Assembly (NCBI GenBank): GCA_020440865.1
Contig: JAGRNF010000008.1
Coordinates: forward strand, 35,341-99,340
Reading direction: 5' to 3'
Length of the DNA: 64,000 nucleotides
Source of the DNA: Leptospiraceae bacterium
Lineage (GTDB): Bacteria; Spirochaetota; Leptospiria; Leptospirales; Leptospiraceae
The notes beneath the pieces were generated by a model, which saw only the letters and a list, made by a program, of their open reading frames with translations, was not told the origin of the DNA and did not search any database. Numbering within the stretch: position 1 is the stretch's first letter; every line of letters starts with the position of its first letter. Shown here piece by piece: positions 53,760 to 64,000 of the stretch. A program made the position numbers and the translations under genes.

Positions 53760-54773
53760 CTAGTTTTGAACCTGATTTAAAAATGAATGGGGGTTGAGCG
53801 GACTTGTTCCTACGTGAACTTCATAGTGCAAAAGATAGGTAGGATTTAATGAAGTCTTTCCGGCAAAACCAATAGTTTCACCCTTTTTTATAATCTGATT
53901 TTTTTTAACCTGAATCCTTTCTAAATTTGAATAGATCGTTTTCCAACCATATTTATGTGAGATTTTAATAAAATAACCAGTACTTTGAGAATACCCCAAT
54001 TCATAAACTTCACCTGGAGCTGTAGCTATTACCTGTGCTCCGGGAAATGTTCCGATGTCTACTCCATAATTGATGACTTCACCTCCGGCAACCGGGGAAA
54101 AGTATTTTCCAAATGGATACAGAATGTATCCTTTGGTCGGCCAGAGAGAGGGAGTGTTTTGGATTATATTGTTTTTATCTTTTATAATTTTGATGATTTC
54201 TTTTGTAAGTAGATTAGCGGTATTGAGATTGTAAATATCAGATTGAAGTCTGTATGTTTCCGGAAAGACATCCGAATTAGGCTCCAAGAACCCTATGATC
54301 TCACGATCCGGAAGGTGGTAAATTTTTTGGGGATCTCCTCCCAATTTGATATAGAGATTTAAAATTTTTTCGTAATAGAGTGATGAATGTTCGTGGAGGG
54401 TTTTCATTTCAGTCTTCAATCTCTTTGATTGGATAATAAAATCTTCATTAGAAATTTGAAGTTCATTGAGTTCATGATTCATCCCGCTAAATTTCAGTAC
54501 AATGAAAGCACTAAAAAAAGTTAGAAGTCCAATGATAATACCAAATAGAGTAATCGAGCGATAAGAGATGCTAATTTTAATAGATTTTTTTTCAGAATGA
54601 GGAATGATCATGAAGGTAAAATGTGAATTACCCCGTTTTCTCAGAAGCTCTCTATGTTCTTGAATCCAAACAGCTATTGCCTTGTTCTGGTGTTTTACAT
54701 GATTGTATGATTCTATAAATAAAGATTTGAATTTGTTTCTTTTAGACATACGTTTGGGGAGTTCTGAACTCAT
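53760..54773 (-). CDS. M23-family peptidoglycan metalloendopeptidase
   Basis: N-terminal transmembrane and coiled-coil region. C-terminal LytM domain with the HxxxD...H motif region (VDIGTFPGAQVIATAPGEV...HYEVHV). Confidence 0.7.
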   Translation of the reverse strand: MSSELPKRMSKRNKFKSLFIESYNHVKHQNKAIAVWIQEHRELLRKRGNSHFTFMIIPHSEKKSIKISISYRSITLFGIIIGLLTFFSAFIVLKFSGMNHELNELQISNEDFIIQSKRLKTEMKTLHEHSSLYYEKILNLYIKLGGDPQKIYHLPDREIIGFLEPNSDVFPETYRLQSDIYNLNTANLLTKEIIKIIKDKNNIIQNTPSLWPTKGYILYPFGKYFSPVAGGEVINYGVDIGTFPGAQVIATAPGEVYELGYSQSTGYFIKISHKYGWKTIYSNLERIQVKKNQIIKKGETIGFAGKTSLNPTYLLHYEVHVGTSPLNPHSFLNQVQN

Positions 54774-54868
54774 TTCCTTCCTTCATATAATTTCATTTTG
54801 ATGAGTAAACAAAAAAAGTGTATAAAAGAATGAATAAAAGGGATTGATTTTCCGTTCCTATATACTAA

Positions 54869-55660
54869 TTGTCTAGATTGAGGAAAATTATGCACTCATT
54901 TGAAGATTCAAATAAAAAATCAGAAATTCAGAAAATAGTCCATTTACTTCATTCAAGTGAAGAAACTATGGAATACTTGAATTCACACACTCATGAACAA
55001 TTGACCGATCTGAGATTAAAAATTACCCATGCAATATTGGAAGAACAATCTGAGACTTGGGAACCATTGGCAAAAGTGACAAAATTTATGCCGAATTTTT
55101 TGAATGCAAAAGTATCAGAAGACATCTTGGGACCAAGTATCACTGCAAACATAACCTACCATGTACCACCCAAAGAAGCCATTAGTATAGCTAATTATTT
55201 TTCTACGAAATTCTTCTGCGATGTACTGGAGCATGTAATACCTGAAAAAGTGGAACCGATCATCAGAGAGTCAAATGCTGATCTTATTCGCAAAGCTGTC
55301 CATGAATTACGGAAAAGAAAAAATTACTACCTAATTGGTGCTTTGATCGATTACACACCTATGCAGCACATCCATAAAATATCTATGGAAGTAGACAATC
55401 CTGATATGGTACTGATCCTTGAATTCATTACCAAAAGAGAAAGAATGTCCGAGCTATTGGATCTCTATATTGATACAAAAATTTTAGGGTTGATCCGAGC
55501 TTCAGTAGATATGAACAAAATGGATGATCTTTTGGATGTTTTTTCTCTAACAACAGGAAAAACGAGAGAAAAAGTAATTGGTTTGATTAAGAATAAACTA
55601 GAAGATTCTTATCGGGAAAAATACAGAGAACCTGCAAAAGAATATGATATACTTTTTTAA
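54869..55660 (+). CDS. hypothetical protein
   Basis: 263-aa soluble protein with no motif recognised. Confidence 0.4.
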   Translation: MSRLRKIMHSFEDSNKKSEIQKIVHLLHSSEETMEYLNSHTHEQLTDLRLKITHAILEEQSETWEPLAKVTKFMPNFLNAKVSEDILGPSITANITYHVPPKEAISIANYFSTKFFCDVLEHVIPEKVEPIIRESNADLIRKAVHELRKRKNYYLIGALIDYTPMQHIHKISMEVDNPDMVLILEFITKRERMSELLDLYIDTKILGLIRASVDMNKMDDLLDVFSLTTGKTREKVIGLIKNKLEDSYREKYREPAKEYDILF

Positions 55661-55662
55661 AA

Positions 55663-56619
55663 ATGAAAAAAGAAATCTCCGGTATAGATTTTTCAAAAAT
55701 TGAATCTGATTTACTTTTCAGGAAGATTCCTTTTGCGAAAGACTTTGACCTTTCAAAACTCTGTTCTTTTAAAATCGGAGGAATAGCTCCCTTACTGGTA
55801 GAACCGGAAAATGAAGAAACCCTGATTTCATTCCTATCTTATTCTAAAAACTTTGGAATTCCCTACAAAGTGTTGGGGGGAGGATCCAATGTATTGATTT
55901 CAGACTACCCGAATGATTTCATAACTCTTCGTTTGGGAGGGGTATTCAAAGAATTTCATGAGAAATCTGAGGGAAGATTTGAAATAGGCTCCGCTATCAA
56001 CACAACACCTACTTTCCGCAAAATATCTAATTTAGGTTATGAAGGTGTAGAGTTTTTGAGTACGATTCCCGGATGGGTGGGAGGGGCTGTGATTCAAAAT
56101 GCCGGTTGCTATGGAGGAGAAATCTTTGATTTTATTCAATCGGTTGATGTAATACAAAATAATAATTATACCTCCTTACCTGTCGAAAAAATTAAGTACG
56201 GATACAGGAGTACAGAGTTTTTAAAAAACAAAAATACTATAATTACCAGGATTGTAATGAATCTAAAGCAAGGTGATTCAAAAGAAATCGAGTTTAAATT
56301 GAAAGAATTTCGAGAAAAAAGAAATTCATCACAACCGGAAAACAAAAAAAGTGCAGGATCTGTTTTTAAAAACCCGGATTCTATCAAAGAAAAAGACAAG
56401 AAATGGAAGGCTTGGGAATTGATAGATTTAGTCGGAATGAGGGGAGCTGTCTCAGGTGATGCTCAGGTTTCAGAAAAACATTGTAATTTTATAGTAAATA
56501 ATGGAAATGCTCTTTCCCGGGATGTAAAAATTTTAATTGAAAAAATTGAAGATTTAGTATTTAAAAAATTTAACATTCAATTAGAGAAAGAAATTGAATT
56601 TTTTGGTAGCATGGATTGA
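55663..56619 (+). CDS. murB: UDP-N-acetylenolpyruvoylglucosamine reductase
   Basis: FAD-binding GGGSN motif; MurB C-terminal domain; 318 aa. Confidence 0.8.
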   Translation: MKKEISGIDFSKIESDLLFRKIPFAKDFDLSKLCSFKIGGIAPLLVEPENEETLISFLSYSKNFGIPYKVLGGGSNVLISDYPNDFITLRLGGVFKEFHEKSEGRFEIGSAINTTPTFRKISNLGYEGVEFLSTIPGWVGGAVIQNAGCYGGEIFDFIQSVDVIQNNNYTSLPVEKIKYGYRSTEFLKNKNTIITRIVMNLKQGDSKEIEFKLKEFREKRNSSQPENKKSAGSVFKNPDSIKEKDKKWKAWELIDLVGMRGAVSGDAQVSEKHCNFIVNNGNALSRDVKILIEKIEDLVFKKFNIQLEKEIEFFGSMD

Positions 56620-57275
56620 GGGCAAAATCTATGAAATTATTTAAGGGAGAAAATATGGGAATTAGCAAAAAAAGAGTTGGTTTGATCGGATTATTAATCA
56701 TTGCAATGCTCTTGAATACAAACTGTTTCGGAAAATTTGCATTAGTTAAGAAAGTATATGAATTTCATGAAGGAATAAAAGTTTCAGATTCCAATGAAAA
56801 ATTAAATGGTGTAGTGAGAAGTTCTCTTCTCTGGCTTTTTTGGATGACACCTCTTCTTGCATTCAATCCATACGCTTGGGCATATGTAGGTGATTTTTTC
56901 ATCGCTAACCTTTTAGAATTTTGGAATGGCGAAAATCCCATAGGTTATAATGAATATGATAAAAATGGGACATATGTTAGAGTATTCGAAAATGAAAATG
57001 AAAAGTTAAAATTAACATATTCAAACTTTGGAGAAAGATTGGATGTAGATTTTATCAATAATCAATCTTTGAATACAATCGTCTTTTTAAGGAACCAACC
57101 AGGAAAAATTTTTCTACCATACGAAAACAGTTTAAAAGAAATCTCCATCGAAGAGAGTAAAGTAGAAGATAAGATTGTATTAAAAATGCTCCAAAATGGT
57201 AGAGTAAAGTCTTCTGCTATAGTACAATTTAAAGATTACAACCAATTTCTCACAGATACTTCCAGAAGATTCTAA
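56616..57275 (+). CDS. hypothetical membrane-anchored/secreted protein
   Basis: Signal/transmembrane segment and one internal hydrophobic helix. Confidence 0.4.
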   Translation: MRAKSMKLFKGENMGISKKRVGLIGLLIIAMLLNTNCFGKFALVKKVYEFHEGIKVSDSNEKLNGVVRSSLLWLFWMTPLLAFNPYAWAYVGDFFIANLLEFWNGENPIGYNEYDKNGTYVRVFENENEKLKLTYSNFGERLDVDFINNQSLNTIVFLRNQPGKIFLPYENSLKEISIEESKVEDKIVLKMLQNGRVKSSAIVQFKDYNQFLTDTSRRF

Positions 57276-57287
57276 TTTTTTTTCAAA

Positions 57288-57345
57288 AATTACACGTTAG
57301 AATTCAAAAACCAAACTAACGTGTAATTAGAAATTTTCTTTTTCC
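57288..57345 (+). terminator. rho-independent terminator
   Basis: Perfect 13-bp inverted repeat AATTACACGTTAG-N15-CTAACGTGTAATT followed by agaaattttcttttt. Confidence 0.65.
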
Positions 57346-57400
57346 TTTACACTTCTATACATATCAAGACATTACATATATCTTATATAGAGAAAATGTA

Positions 57401-58186
57401 ATGAATATTGAAGAAAGACTAAATATAACTTTAAATAAATTTATCAGAAGTGGAGAGATCGAGGATTTCAGGAATACTGTAAGTCATTGGTTGATAGAGG
57501 AAGCAAGATACAAAATCCAAATCAAAGAAGAATGCATTTCTGAAGTTTACATCCGACTCTCCGAGAAACTACAAAGGTTTGTTGAACTTTATCAGGAGCG
57601 AGAAATCAAATCCCTTATTGGATTTCTTTATATATTTACAAAAAATATCTATCGAAATGTCAGAAAGAAAATGGAAGTGGAAGAAAGTGATGATTTTCTA
57701 AAACTCTGGAATGAACCGGGTCAAAAAAATTTAATAACAAATATCCAGGAAGAGAAAGTATGGAGTCTTTTGAGGCAAACTCGTCCCATCACCCGCTTAC
57801 TTGTTTACTTAAGATACAATATAGAGATTGATCCGGTTGCCTATAGATATTTGAATAAATATTTGAAAAGATACAATCTCTCTCCTTTAGAGTTTAGAAG
57901 AGAATTACTCATCCGAAAAGAAAACCTGAAAACCAAACAAAAGAAAATTATAGGGGATATCGTAAAGTACAATCGATCCTTGTTCAGAGTCAATGATAAC
58001 GAGAAATACAAAAATTTAGTTCAGAGAAAAAAACTCTTGAGTCGACGTTTGCGGAAGAGAGAAGTCTTGTTTACAAGTGAAGAACTGAGTAAGGTATTTA
58101 GGATAAAAAGAGAGAGAATTCTCAGGGATACCAATGAATGCATAAGAAAAATGGAGAGAAAGGGAAATGACAACCATGCGGCTTGA
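57401..58186 (+). CDS. hypothetical basic protein
   Basis: 261 aa, Lys/Arg-rich. The N-terminal region is faintly sigma-factor-like. Not assignable. Confidence 0.35.
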   Translation: MNIEERLNITLNKFIRSGEIEDFRNTVSHWLIEEARYKIQIKEECISEVYIRLSEKLQRFVELYQEREIKSLIGFLYIFTKNIYRNVRKKMEVEESDDFLKLWNEPGQKNLITNIQEEKVWSLLRQTRPITRLLVYLRYNIEIDPVAYRYLNKYLKRYNLSPLEFRRELLIRKENLKTKQKKIIGDIVKYNRSLFRVNDNEKYKNLVQRKKLLSRRLRKREVLFTSEELSKVFRIKRERILRDTNECIRKMERKGNDNHAA

Positions 58187-58212
58187 ATAAAAATTGACTT
58201 CGGGAGTCGCTA

Positions 58213-58938
58213 ATGGAAATCGTTTTTATCCGTCATGGAAAGGCTAGTTTTGGTGAGGACAACTATGATGAACTCTCCACCATAGGGAAAAAACAATCAG
58301 AGAAATTGTCTGATTATCTTATCCAAAAGTACAGAAAATCCGTTCTCATATGTACCGGCTCCCTGATCCGACACAAACAGACAATGTTCCCATACTTGGA
58401 TAAACTTTCTATGGTGGATGAAGAGGATTTTGAAAATATTTCCTTTGTTGAAACTGATGATTTAAATGAATTCTCACCTGACCTTTTCGAAAAAATAGTC
58501 TCCAAACTCACAGTCGAAGACAAACCAATCCAAAAAATCTATAAAAAGTATTCAGAAATTAACGAAAAAAATTCAATTCTTAAACACACATACTTTTTTA
58601 AATTAATGGAAAGATGTATTCTTGAATGGAAAAATGGATTCACTCCTTATGGAGAAGAATCCTTTTTCGATTTTAAAGAAAGGGTTGTACATTTTGCAGA
58701 TTATCTTAATAGTTTGCGGGGAGATAAAAAATCAGTATTGGTATTTACCTCTGCGACTCCAATAAGTATATTGCTATCTTATTTCTTGAAAATCAACGAA
58801 GAAAATGAATTGTTTTGGATACCTTCCCTATGGAATTCTTCGATCAGTACAATTCTAAAAAAAGGAAGGGTGTACTATCCCGGGGAAATCAATACAATTC
58901 CCCATTTGTTTGATAAACAATTGAGAACTTTGATATAA
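58213..58938 (+). CDS. histidine phosphatase superfamily (phosphoglycerate-mutase-like) protein
   Basis: N-terminal RHG catalytic motif (IVFIRHGKASF). Confidence 0.65.
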   Translation: MEIVFIRHGKASFGEDNYDELSTIGKKQSEKLSDYLIQKYRKSVLICTGSLIRHKQTMFPYLDKLSMVDEEDFENISFVETDDLNEFSPDLFEKIVSKLTVEDKPIQKIYKKYSEINEKNSILKHTYFFKLMERCILEWKNGFTPYGEESFFDFKERVVHFADYLNSLRGDKKSVLVFTSATPISILLSYFLKINEENELFWIPSLWNSSISTILKKGRVYYPGEINTIPHLFDKQLRTLI

Positions 58939-58993
58939 TCTTGATAGAACTGAAATATAGGATGAACTTTTAGATTTTACTAGGAAAATTCGT

Positions 58994-59845
58994 ATGAAAA
59001 AACAAAAAATTCAATTCATAAAAATGGAAGGGATCGGCAACGATTACATCTATATCGATGCGACCAAGGAAGATCTAAGGTTGACACCGGATCAAATCGT
59101 ACACTTATCAAATAGAAATTTTGGAATAGGAAGTGATGGAGTAATTTTTATTCGCAAGAGCAAAATAGCAGATTTCCAAATGGATATGTACAATTCAGAT
59201 GGTAGTTCCTCGGAAATGTGCGGTAATGGAATTCGATGTCTGGGAAAATTTATTTTTGATGAAGGACTTACAGATTCCCTGAATCCTAAAATAGAGACCG
59301 GAAAAGGTGTCCTGGAATTAAAATTTGATTTGGATGATGAGAAAAAAGTATCGTACGTAACTGTGGATATGGGGGAACCGATTCTGGATGCTGAAAAAAT
59401 TCCCGTTCTGATCGATTCGAAAAATCCTATTTTGGACAAAGAGATCGAGATTTCCGGACAAAACTTAAAAATGACCAATGTAAGTATGGGAAATCCACAT
59501 ACCGTAATTTTTGTTGAAGACTCTAATTCCTTTCCTGTGAGAGAAGTCGGTCCTATTTTAGAAAATCATAAACTCTTTCCCAGGAGAACTAATGTTGAAT
59601 TTGTTAGTAAGATAGGTGAGAATCATTTTTTTCAAAGAACATGGGAGCGAGGAGCAGGAGAGACTCTAGCCTGCGGTACCGGAGCCTGCTCGGTGGCAGT
59701 AGCGGCTCACCTTACAGGAAGATCAGGAAGGTCTGTACGAATAGATTTATTGGGCGGTACTCTATACATAGATTGGCTGGAATCAGGAAATATTATTATG
59801 AAAGGACCGGCAACAACTGTTTTTAAAGGAGAAGTTTGGGTTTAA
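58994..59845 (+). CDS. dapF: diaminopimelate epimerase
   Basis: GNDY N-terminal motif; the two catalytic Cys regions (CGNGIRC and ACGTGACS). Confidence 0.85.
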   Translation: MKKQKIQFIKMEGIGNDYIYIDATKEDLRLTPDQIVHLSNRNFGIGSDGVIFIRKSKIADFQMDMYNSDGSSSEMCGNGIRCLGKFIFDEGLTDSLNPKIETGKGVLELKFDLDDEKKVSYVTVDMGEPILDAEKIPVLIDSKNPILDKEIEISGQNLKMTNVSMGNPHTVIFVEDSNSFPVREVGPILENHKLFPRRTNVEFVSKIGENHFFQRTWERGAGETLACGTGACSVAVAAHLTGRSGRSVRIDLLGGTLYIDWLESGNIIMKGPATTVFKGEVWV

Positions 59846-59864
59846 ACCATTCTTATTTGACTAA

Positions 59865-61565
59865 ATGAAAAATCCATTTTCAGGGATTCTTATAGTATTC
59901 TTTTTTTACCTCTTAAAATTCTTTTTATCTCTGACCTTCGATTTGATTCCGGATGAAGCTTATTATTGGGAATGGTCAAGAAAATTGGATTTTTCCTATT
60001 ATGATCAGGGTCCTGGAGTTGCGTATTACATATACTTTTTTACTAAACTTTTTGGTGACAATCTGATTGCACTTCGTTTAGCATCCAACTTTGCGGGGTT
60101 CTTAACAACAATATTCATTTTCTTGACTTCAAGTTTGCTAAATTTTTCTAAATTAGCTCAGACTTTCCTCTTGTTCATTCTATTCCTGATACCCGGATTC
60201 TTTACAGGAAGTATGCTTATCATGCATGACTCACCTCTATTGATCGCATGGTCTGGTGGAATATATTTTTTTTCCAAATACATAAAAGAAAGAAAAGATT
60301 TCGATCTATACCTATTGTTTCTTTTTGTGGGCCTAGGTGCTCTCTCAAAGCATACAATGGTCTTTTTCTTAATAAGTATTTTTATCTGGTTAATTCTATT
60401 TCGGGATGAATTTGCAATATTCAAATCATATCAATCTTACTTAGCCATATGCATAACGGCCTTGGTTATATCACCTATAATCATCTGGAATACTCAGAAC
60501 AATTGGGATAATATCGACGCTATCATTAATTTGCGTTCTGCAGGTGGAGTGAATGTCAAGAAGTTCAATACAGGTTCCTATCTAGCCGGTCAGATCCTAA
60601 CCTTATCCCCGGGTTTCTTCCTCATAGGAATCGGATTGTTTTTTCAGTCTTTAAAGAATTTGATTCAATTTCCTTCAATTGAGATCAATGCTAGCACAAA
60701 GATTCGTTATTTTTTAGGCATAAATGCATTAGTTCTACCAATATTTTTCTTGATTCTTTCGATTCAGAAGGTCATTCAGGCAAATTGGGTTTTTGCTTCC
60801 TATCTACCCCTTTCTATATTCATGGCTGAATTTTTAGAAAAGATCATTTCTAAACATCAAAAAAAATATAAAATTTTAATCTATATCACTTTCCTTATTT
60901 GCGCATTGATGAACGTATTTTCTATTCTATCAGTACCTATAGTGAAAAATTTTAATATTCCTCTCAATTCCCATTATGTTCCGGGGTATAGAACTGAAGG
61001 ATTCAAAGAAATAATTAAAGAAATTGAAAATTTTCGTAATACAAAATATTCTGACGCCGAACTTATCGCAAATAGATATCAGGATGCCGCTATCGGTTCC
61101 TGGTTTGCAGATGGAAAGCCCTTCATTCAAAGTTTCAATATTTTGCAAAAGAACCAATACAATTATTGGTTAGATATCAAAATAGGTAAAAATTATCTAT
61201 TGTATTACATCGAAGAAAAGCCCTGTCAGAAATCTTTTATATTTTTCCAAACTTTTTTAAAAATGATGTTTGAAGAAGTCATAGAATTCCCGGAGAAGGA
61301 TATAATAGTAGATGGTAAGGTGATAAAGAGATATCAGGTATGGTATTTAAAGAACTACAAAAGATCCTGGGTGAATCCGGTTAGAGATATCCTACAGAAA
61401 GATATAATTAAAAATTCTTTACTCATTGGATTACGGGATTCAGAGGAAGAATACTTGGAAAAATTGAAAAGTATGAAAGAATATGGAGATACGCAAATAG
61501 ATTTTACAATTTTGGATTCTTATATGAATCGAAAGGGAGAATTGGAATGCAATATCTTCGATTGA
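59865..61565 (+). CDS. GT-C family 39 glycosyltransferase (ArnT/PMT-like)
   Basis: DEAYYWEWS-type first-loop motif and about 12 transmembrane helices. Confidence 0.7.
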   Translation: MKNPFSGILIVFFFYLLKFFLSLTFDLIPDEAYYWEWSRKLDFSYYDQGPGVAYYIYFFTKLFGDNLIALRLASNFAGFLTTIFIFLTSSLLNFSKLAQTFLLFILFLIPGFFTGSMLIMHDSPLLIAWSGGIYFFSKYIKERKDFDLYLLFLFVGLGALSKHTMVFFLISIFIWLILFRDEFAIFKSYQSYLAICITALVISPIIIWNTQNNWDNIDAIINLRSAGGVNVKKFNTGSYLAGQILTLSPGFFLIGIGLFFQSLKNLIQFPSIEINASTKIRYFLGINALVLPIFFLILSIQKVIQANWVFASYLPLSIFMAEFLEKIISKHQKKYKILIYITFLICALMNVFSILSVPIVKNFNIPLNSHYVPGYRTEGFKEIIKEIENFRNTKYSDAELIANRYQDAAIGSWFADGKPFIQSFNILQKNQYNYWLDIKIGKNYLLYYIEEKPCQKSFIFFQTFLKMMFEEVIEFPEKDIIVDGKVIKRYQVWYLKNYKRSWVNPVRDILQKDIIKNSLLIGLRDSEEEYLEKLKSMKEYGDTQIDFTILDSYMNRKGELECNIFD

Positions 61566-61963
61566 TTTTATTTTCAATACTGGTATTTTCTTCCTGCAAA
61601 GAGAAAGTACCGGATCTAAATAAAATGAATTATCCGGAAATGCATTCAGTGGTATCTGAAATCACCTGTAAGAAAATGCAAACTTGCTTCAATTATATCT
61701 ATAGAACCTTTCCATCGGATATTTTACAGGAGAGTGGATTAGAAGATTGTAAAAAAAATATTCTGAAAGGATATGAAAAAAAGGTAAATTCACATTCTAT
61801 AGAAATCCAAACTGCTGCTATTTCATGTTACTCAGAAATAATTCAGGCAAATTGTTCGGAATTGATTATGATACCAATAATCAGTCTTTCCTGCATTCAT
61901 CTGAGAGAGTTGCTGGATAGAGACATAATATTCGAAAAAAACCTCGAGAAGAAAGAATTATAG
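61547..61963 (+). CDS. Cys-rich hypothetical lipoprotein
   Basis: Lipobox VFSSC. Eight Cys in 138 aa. Overlaps the glycosyltransferase gene by 19 bp. Confidence 0.4.
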   Translation: MQYLRLILFSILVFSSCKEKVPDLNKMNYPEMHSVVSEITCKKMQTCFNYIYRTFPSDILQESGLEDCKKNILKGYEKKVNSHSIEIQTAAISCYSEIIQANCSELIMIPIISLSCIHLRELLDRDIIFEKNLEKKEL

Positions 61964-62006
61964 TATTTGATCATTCAAAAAAAGTCGTAATTAGTAAGGA
62001 GTACCT

Positions 62007-62492
62007 ATGAAATATATTATTGTCCTAATTACAATATTATCAGGTCTTCTGGCTTCAGAAGATAAATCTTCTATGAAGGAAGTTTTTAAAGAAAATCGAA
62101 TTTCTCAAGGAAATCTATATTTTGAACAGGCTTCTAAGTACTTTTCAGAAAAAAATTACAAAGCTTGCATCGAAAAGAATAGAGATTTTTTACTCCTGTA
62201 TCCCAATCATCAATTACGAATGAAAGTCATGAAACTATTGAGTGAAGCTTATTGGGAAGATGATCAATCATTGAAATCAATCGAAACTGATATTGAAATT
62301 TACAGAAATTATCCAACAATTGAAGAAGGTTTGAATTCCTATTTGAATGCAGCTAGAAAGTATATTAAAATGGGAAGGGTAAAAAAAGGAAAAAAAATAT
62401 TAGAAACCATACAGAACCAAATGTACTCAAAAAAATTAGCAAAAGATGCGGAAATTGAAATCGAACAAATAAAAATCCTTGAAATAGAATAG
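62007..62492 (+). CDS. hypothetical secreted protein
   Basis: Signal peptide; helical, TPR-like composition. Confidence 0.4.
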   Translation: MKYIIVLITILSGLLASEDKSSMKEVFKENRISQGNLYFEQASKYFSEKNYKACIEKNRDFLLLYPNHQLRMKVMKLLSEAYWEDDQSLKSIETDIEIYRNYPTIEEGLNSYLNAARKYIKMGRVKKGKKILETIQNQMYSKKLAKDAEIEIEQIKILEIE

Positions 62493-62577
62493 GCTTTCTT
62501 AAAAAAATAGAAAATAGTAAAAAAAAATTATGATCATCTATCCCACATTAAAAAATAAATCTACAGGGAGACTGTAA

Positions 62578-63798
62578 ATGGCTGCTCCCAGCTTTAATAT
62601 TGTAAATTATCAAGCAAATTCATATATCATAGTAGAAGGCAAGAAAGAAGCTTATAACTTTTTTATCATTCGGGAAGGAAAAGTAAAAGTAAGTCGGGAA
62701 AATCCAGTGGTAGGAGAAGATCCTAACCAGGTTTTGGGACCGGGTGATTTTTTTGGTGTAGTTGCAGCAATGAGTCAACACCCTCAGATTGAATCAGCCA
62801 GTGCCATGACAAATGTCTCCCTCATCCAGGTTAGTTATGATCAATTTGGAACCTTGATTCAGAGAAATACCCCGGTTGCGATGAAAATCATTCGTTATTT
62901 CTCGATGAAATTGAGACAGTTTGATCAAACCATAACACGTCTTTCTTTTAAAAATACTGTAAGTGAAGATTTAAATCAGCTTTATAGTATGGGTGAGTTT
63001 TACTTCAATACCGGTAAAATAGATCATTCCGTTTATGCATATCAAGCTTATTTAAAATATCTGCCCAATGGTCAATTCTCACCATTAGCGAAGAAAAAAT
63101 TAATGTCTTTGGGTCAACCTGCAGAAATGGCTGAGGTGGATGAGACAAAATTCAACCGTTTTTACAATGACAATCAGGTTATTTTCTGCGAGCATGAACC
63201 AGGAAAGGAACTTTACATCATCCAATCCGGAAAAGTAAAGATTTCCAAGATCGTAAATCAAAATGAAGTTATGCTGGCTGTATTGGAAAATGGTGATATC
63301 TTCGGAGAAATGGCAATCCTGGACAATAAACCCAGATCAGCTTCAGCTGTAGCATTTGGTGATGTGACTGTTCTTGCTATCAACAAGGCAAATTTTGAGG
63401 GAATGGTAAAGGCTCAACCTCAACTTGCAACCAAGTTGATCACTCTCCTTTCTGAGAGAATTTGGATAGCTTACAAACAATTAGCCAATTTGATGATCAA
63501 CGATCCGGGTGGAAGGATTGCTGATACTCTGCTTACTCTCGCTGAGAAAAATAGAGCAAAAATTGCTCCTAAAACCCCCTATACATTCCAGGTTAGTGTT
63601 CCGGATGTTTTGAAAATGGTGGGTTTGGCTGAAAACCGTGATGAAAAAATTGTCTATAAATTATTTGAAACGAATAAATTTCTCCGAATTGAAGGTGATG
63701 TAATTCGTTGTGCTGACCTGGGACTTCTTGAAAAACTAGTTCAGTACTATCAAAAAATGACAGCCAAAGAAACCAAGATATCCAGTGGAAGAAGATAA
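62578..63798 (+). CDS. tandem cyclic-nucleotide-binding-domain protein
   Basis: Two cNMP-binding cassettes (FGVVAAMS... and FGEMAILDNKPRSASAVA) with no DNA-binding HTH evident. Confidence 0.65.
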   Translation: MAAPSFNIVNYQANSYIIVEGKKEAYNFFIIREGKVKVSRENPVVGEDPNQVLGPGDFFGVVAAMSQHPQIESASAMTNVSLIQVSYDQFGTLIQRNTPVAMKIIRYFSMKLRQFDQTITRLSFKNTVSEDLNQLYSMGEFYFNTGKIDHSVYAYQAYLKYLPNGQFSPLAKKKLMSLGQPAEMAEVDETKFNRFYNDNQVIFCEHEPGKELYIIQSGKVKISKIVNQNEVMLAVLENGDIFGEMAILDNKPRSASAVAFGDVTVLAINKANFEGMVKAQPQLATKLITLLSERIWIAYKQLANLMINDPGGRIADTLLTLAEKNRAKIAPKTPYTFQVSVPDVLKMVGLAENRDEKIVYKLFETNKFLRIEGDVIRCADLGLLEKLVQYYQKMTAKETKISSGRR

Positions 63799-63817
63799 GT
63801 TCTAAATTTTTTAATGA

Positions 63818-64000
63818 AAGAAAAAAACTTAGCTGCAATTGATTTAGGAACAAATTCGTTCCATTTGATCATTGTAAAGGTAAAAGAAGACGGCTCCTAT
63901 GAATCTCTCGGAAAAGAAAAAGAATCTGTCCGATTGGGAAGTGGAGCCGGAACTCAAGAAATCATTACACCTGACGCTATAGAAAGGGGAATCAATTGTT
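63818..64000 (+). CDS. Ppx/GppA-family phosphatase, N-terminus (truncated by window end)
   Basis: LAAIDLGTNSFHLIIVK, the actin-like ATPase fold motif of Ppx/GppA. Confidence 0.55.

Overview
The window is a 64-kb chromosomal segment from an AT-rich bacterium, roughly 35-38% GC by eye. Coding density is high and I found no rRNA, tRNA, CRISPR array, transposase or integrase. The lipoprotein signal peptides, the bactofilin gene, EtfAB, ThyX and the overall gene content look most like a Leptospira-type spirochete; that is inference, not a database result.

The segment is a replication and partition hub. It carries gyrB (+), ruvC (+), DUF721-recF-dnaN (-), pgk, and further on rsmG-parA-parB (+) next to a bactofilin/M23-peptidase module. 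The core organisation departs from the canonical dnaA-dnaN-recF-gyrB-gyrA order. No dnaA lies upstream of dnaN and no gyrA follows gyrB. gyrB is convergent with recF/dnaN, and ruvC sits between them.

Other recognisable genes are:
- oligoendopeptidase F
- a CsoR-like repressor
- thyX
- etfBA
- trpS
- a polyprenyl synthase
- an EAL-domain protein
- citrate synthase
- hflX
- a STAS protein
- hom
- yebC
- an ilvE-like aminotransferase
- an SthA-like flavoprotein fused into an Opp-type ABC operon that has no binding-protein gene
- a TAXI-family binding protein
- a cytoplasmic trypsin-like protease
- a Bcp peroxiredoxin
- prmC
- murB
- dapF
- a GT39 glycosyltransferase
- a tandem-cNMP-binding protein
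- a Ppx/GppA N-terminus, cut by the window edge

The most interesting signals are non-coding:
1. A roughly 95-bp interspersed repeat family that I had not seen annotated. Four copies are clear. Two form the promoter regions of gyrB and ruvC, one lies in a convergent gap after thyX, and one is an orphan inside a 2.1-kb non-coding stretch. Each carries a conserved promoter-like TTGC-N18-TATAAA(A)YGGCTAC core and a conserved downstream leader.
2. A perfect 25-bp palindrome that abuts the gyrB ATG and contains both TATAAT and the ribosome-binding site.
3. A DnaA-box-like 9-mer and four GACATAAT-type repeats upstream of dnaN.
4. A 2.1-kb ORF-free region upstream of a lysine-rich histone-like small protein, rsmG and parAB.
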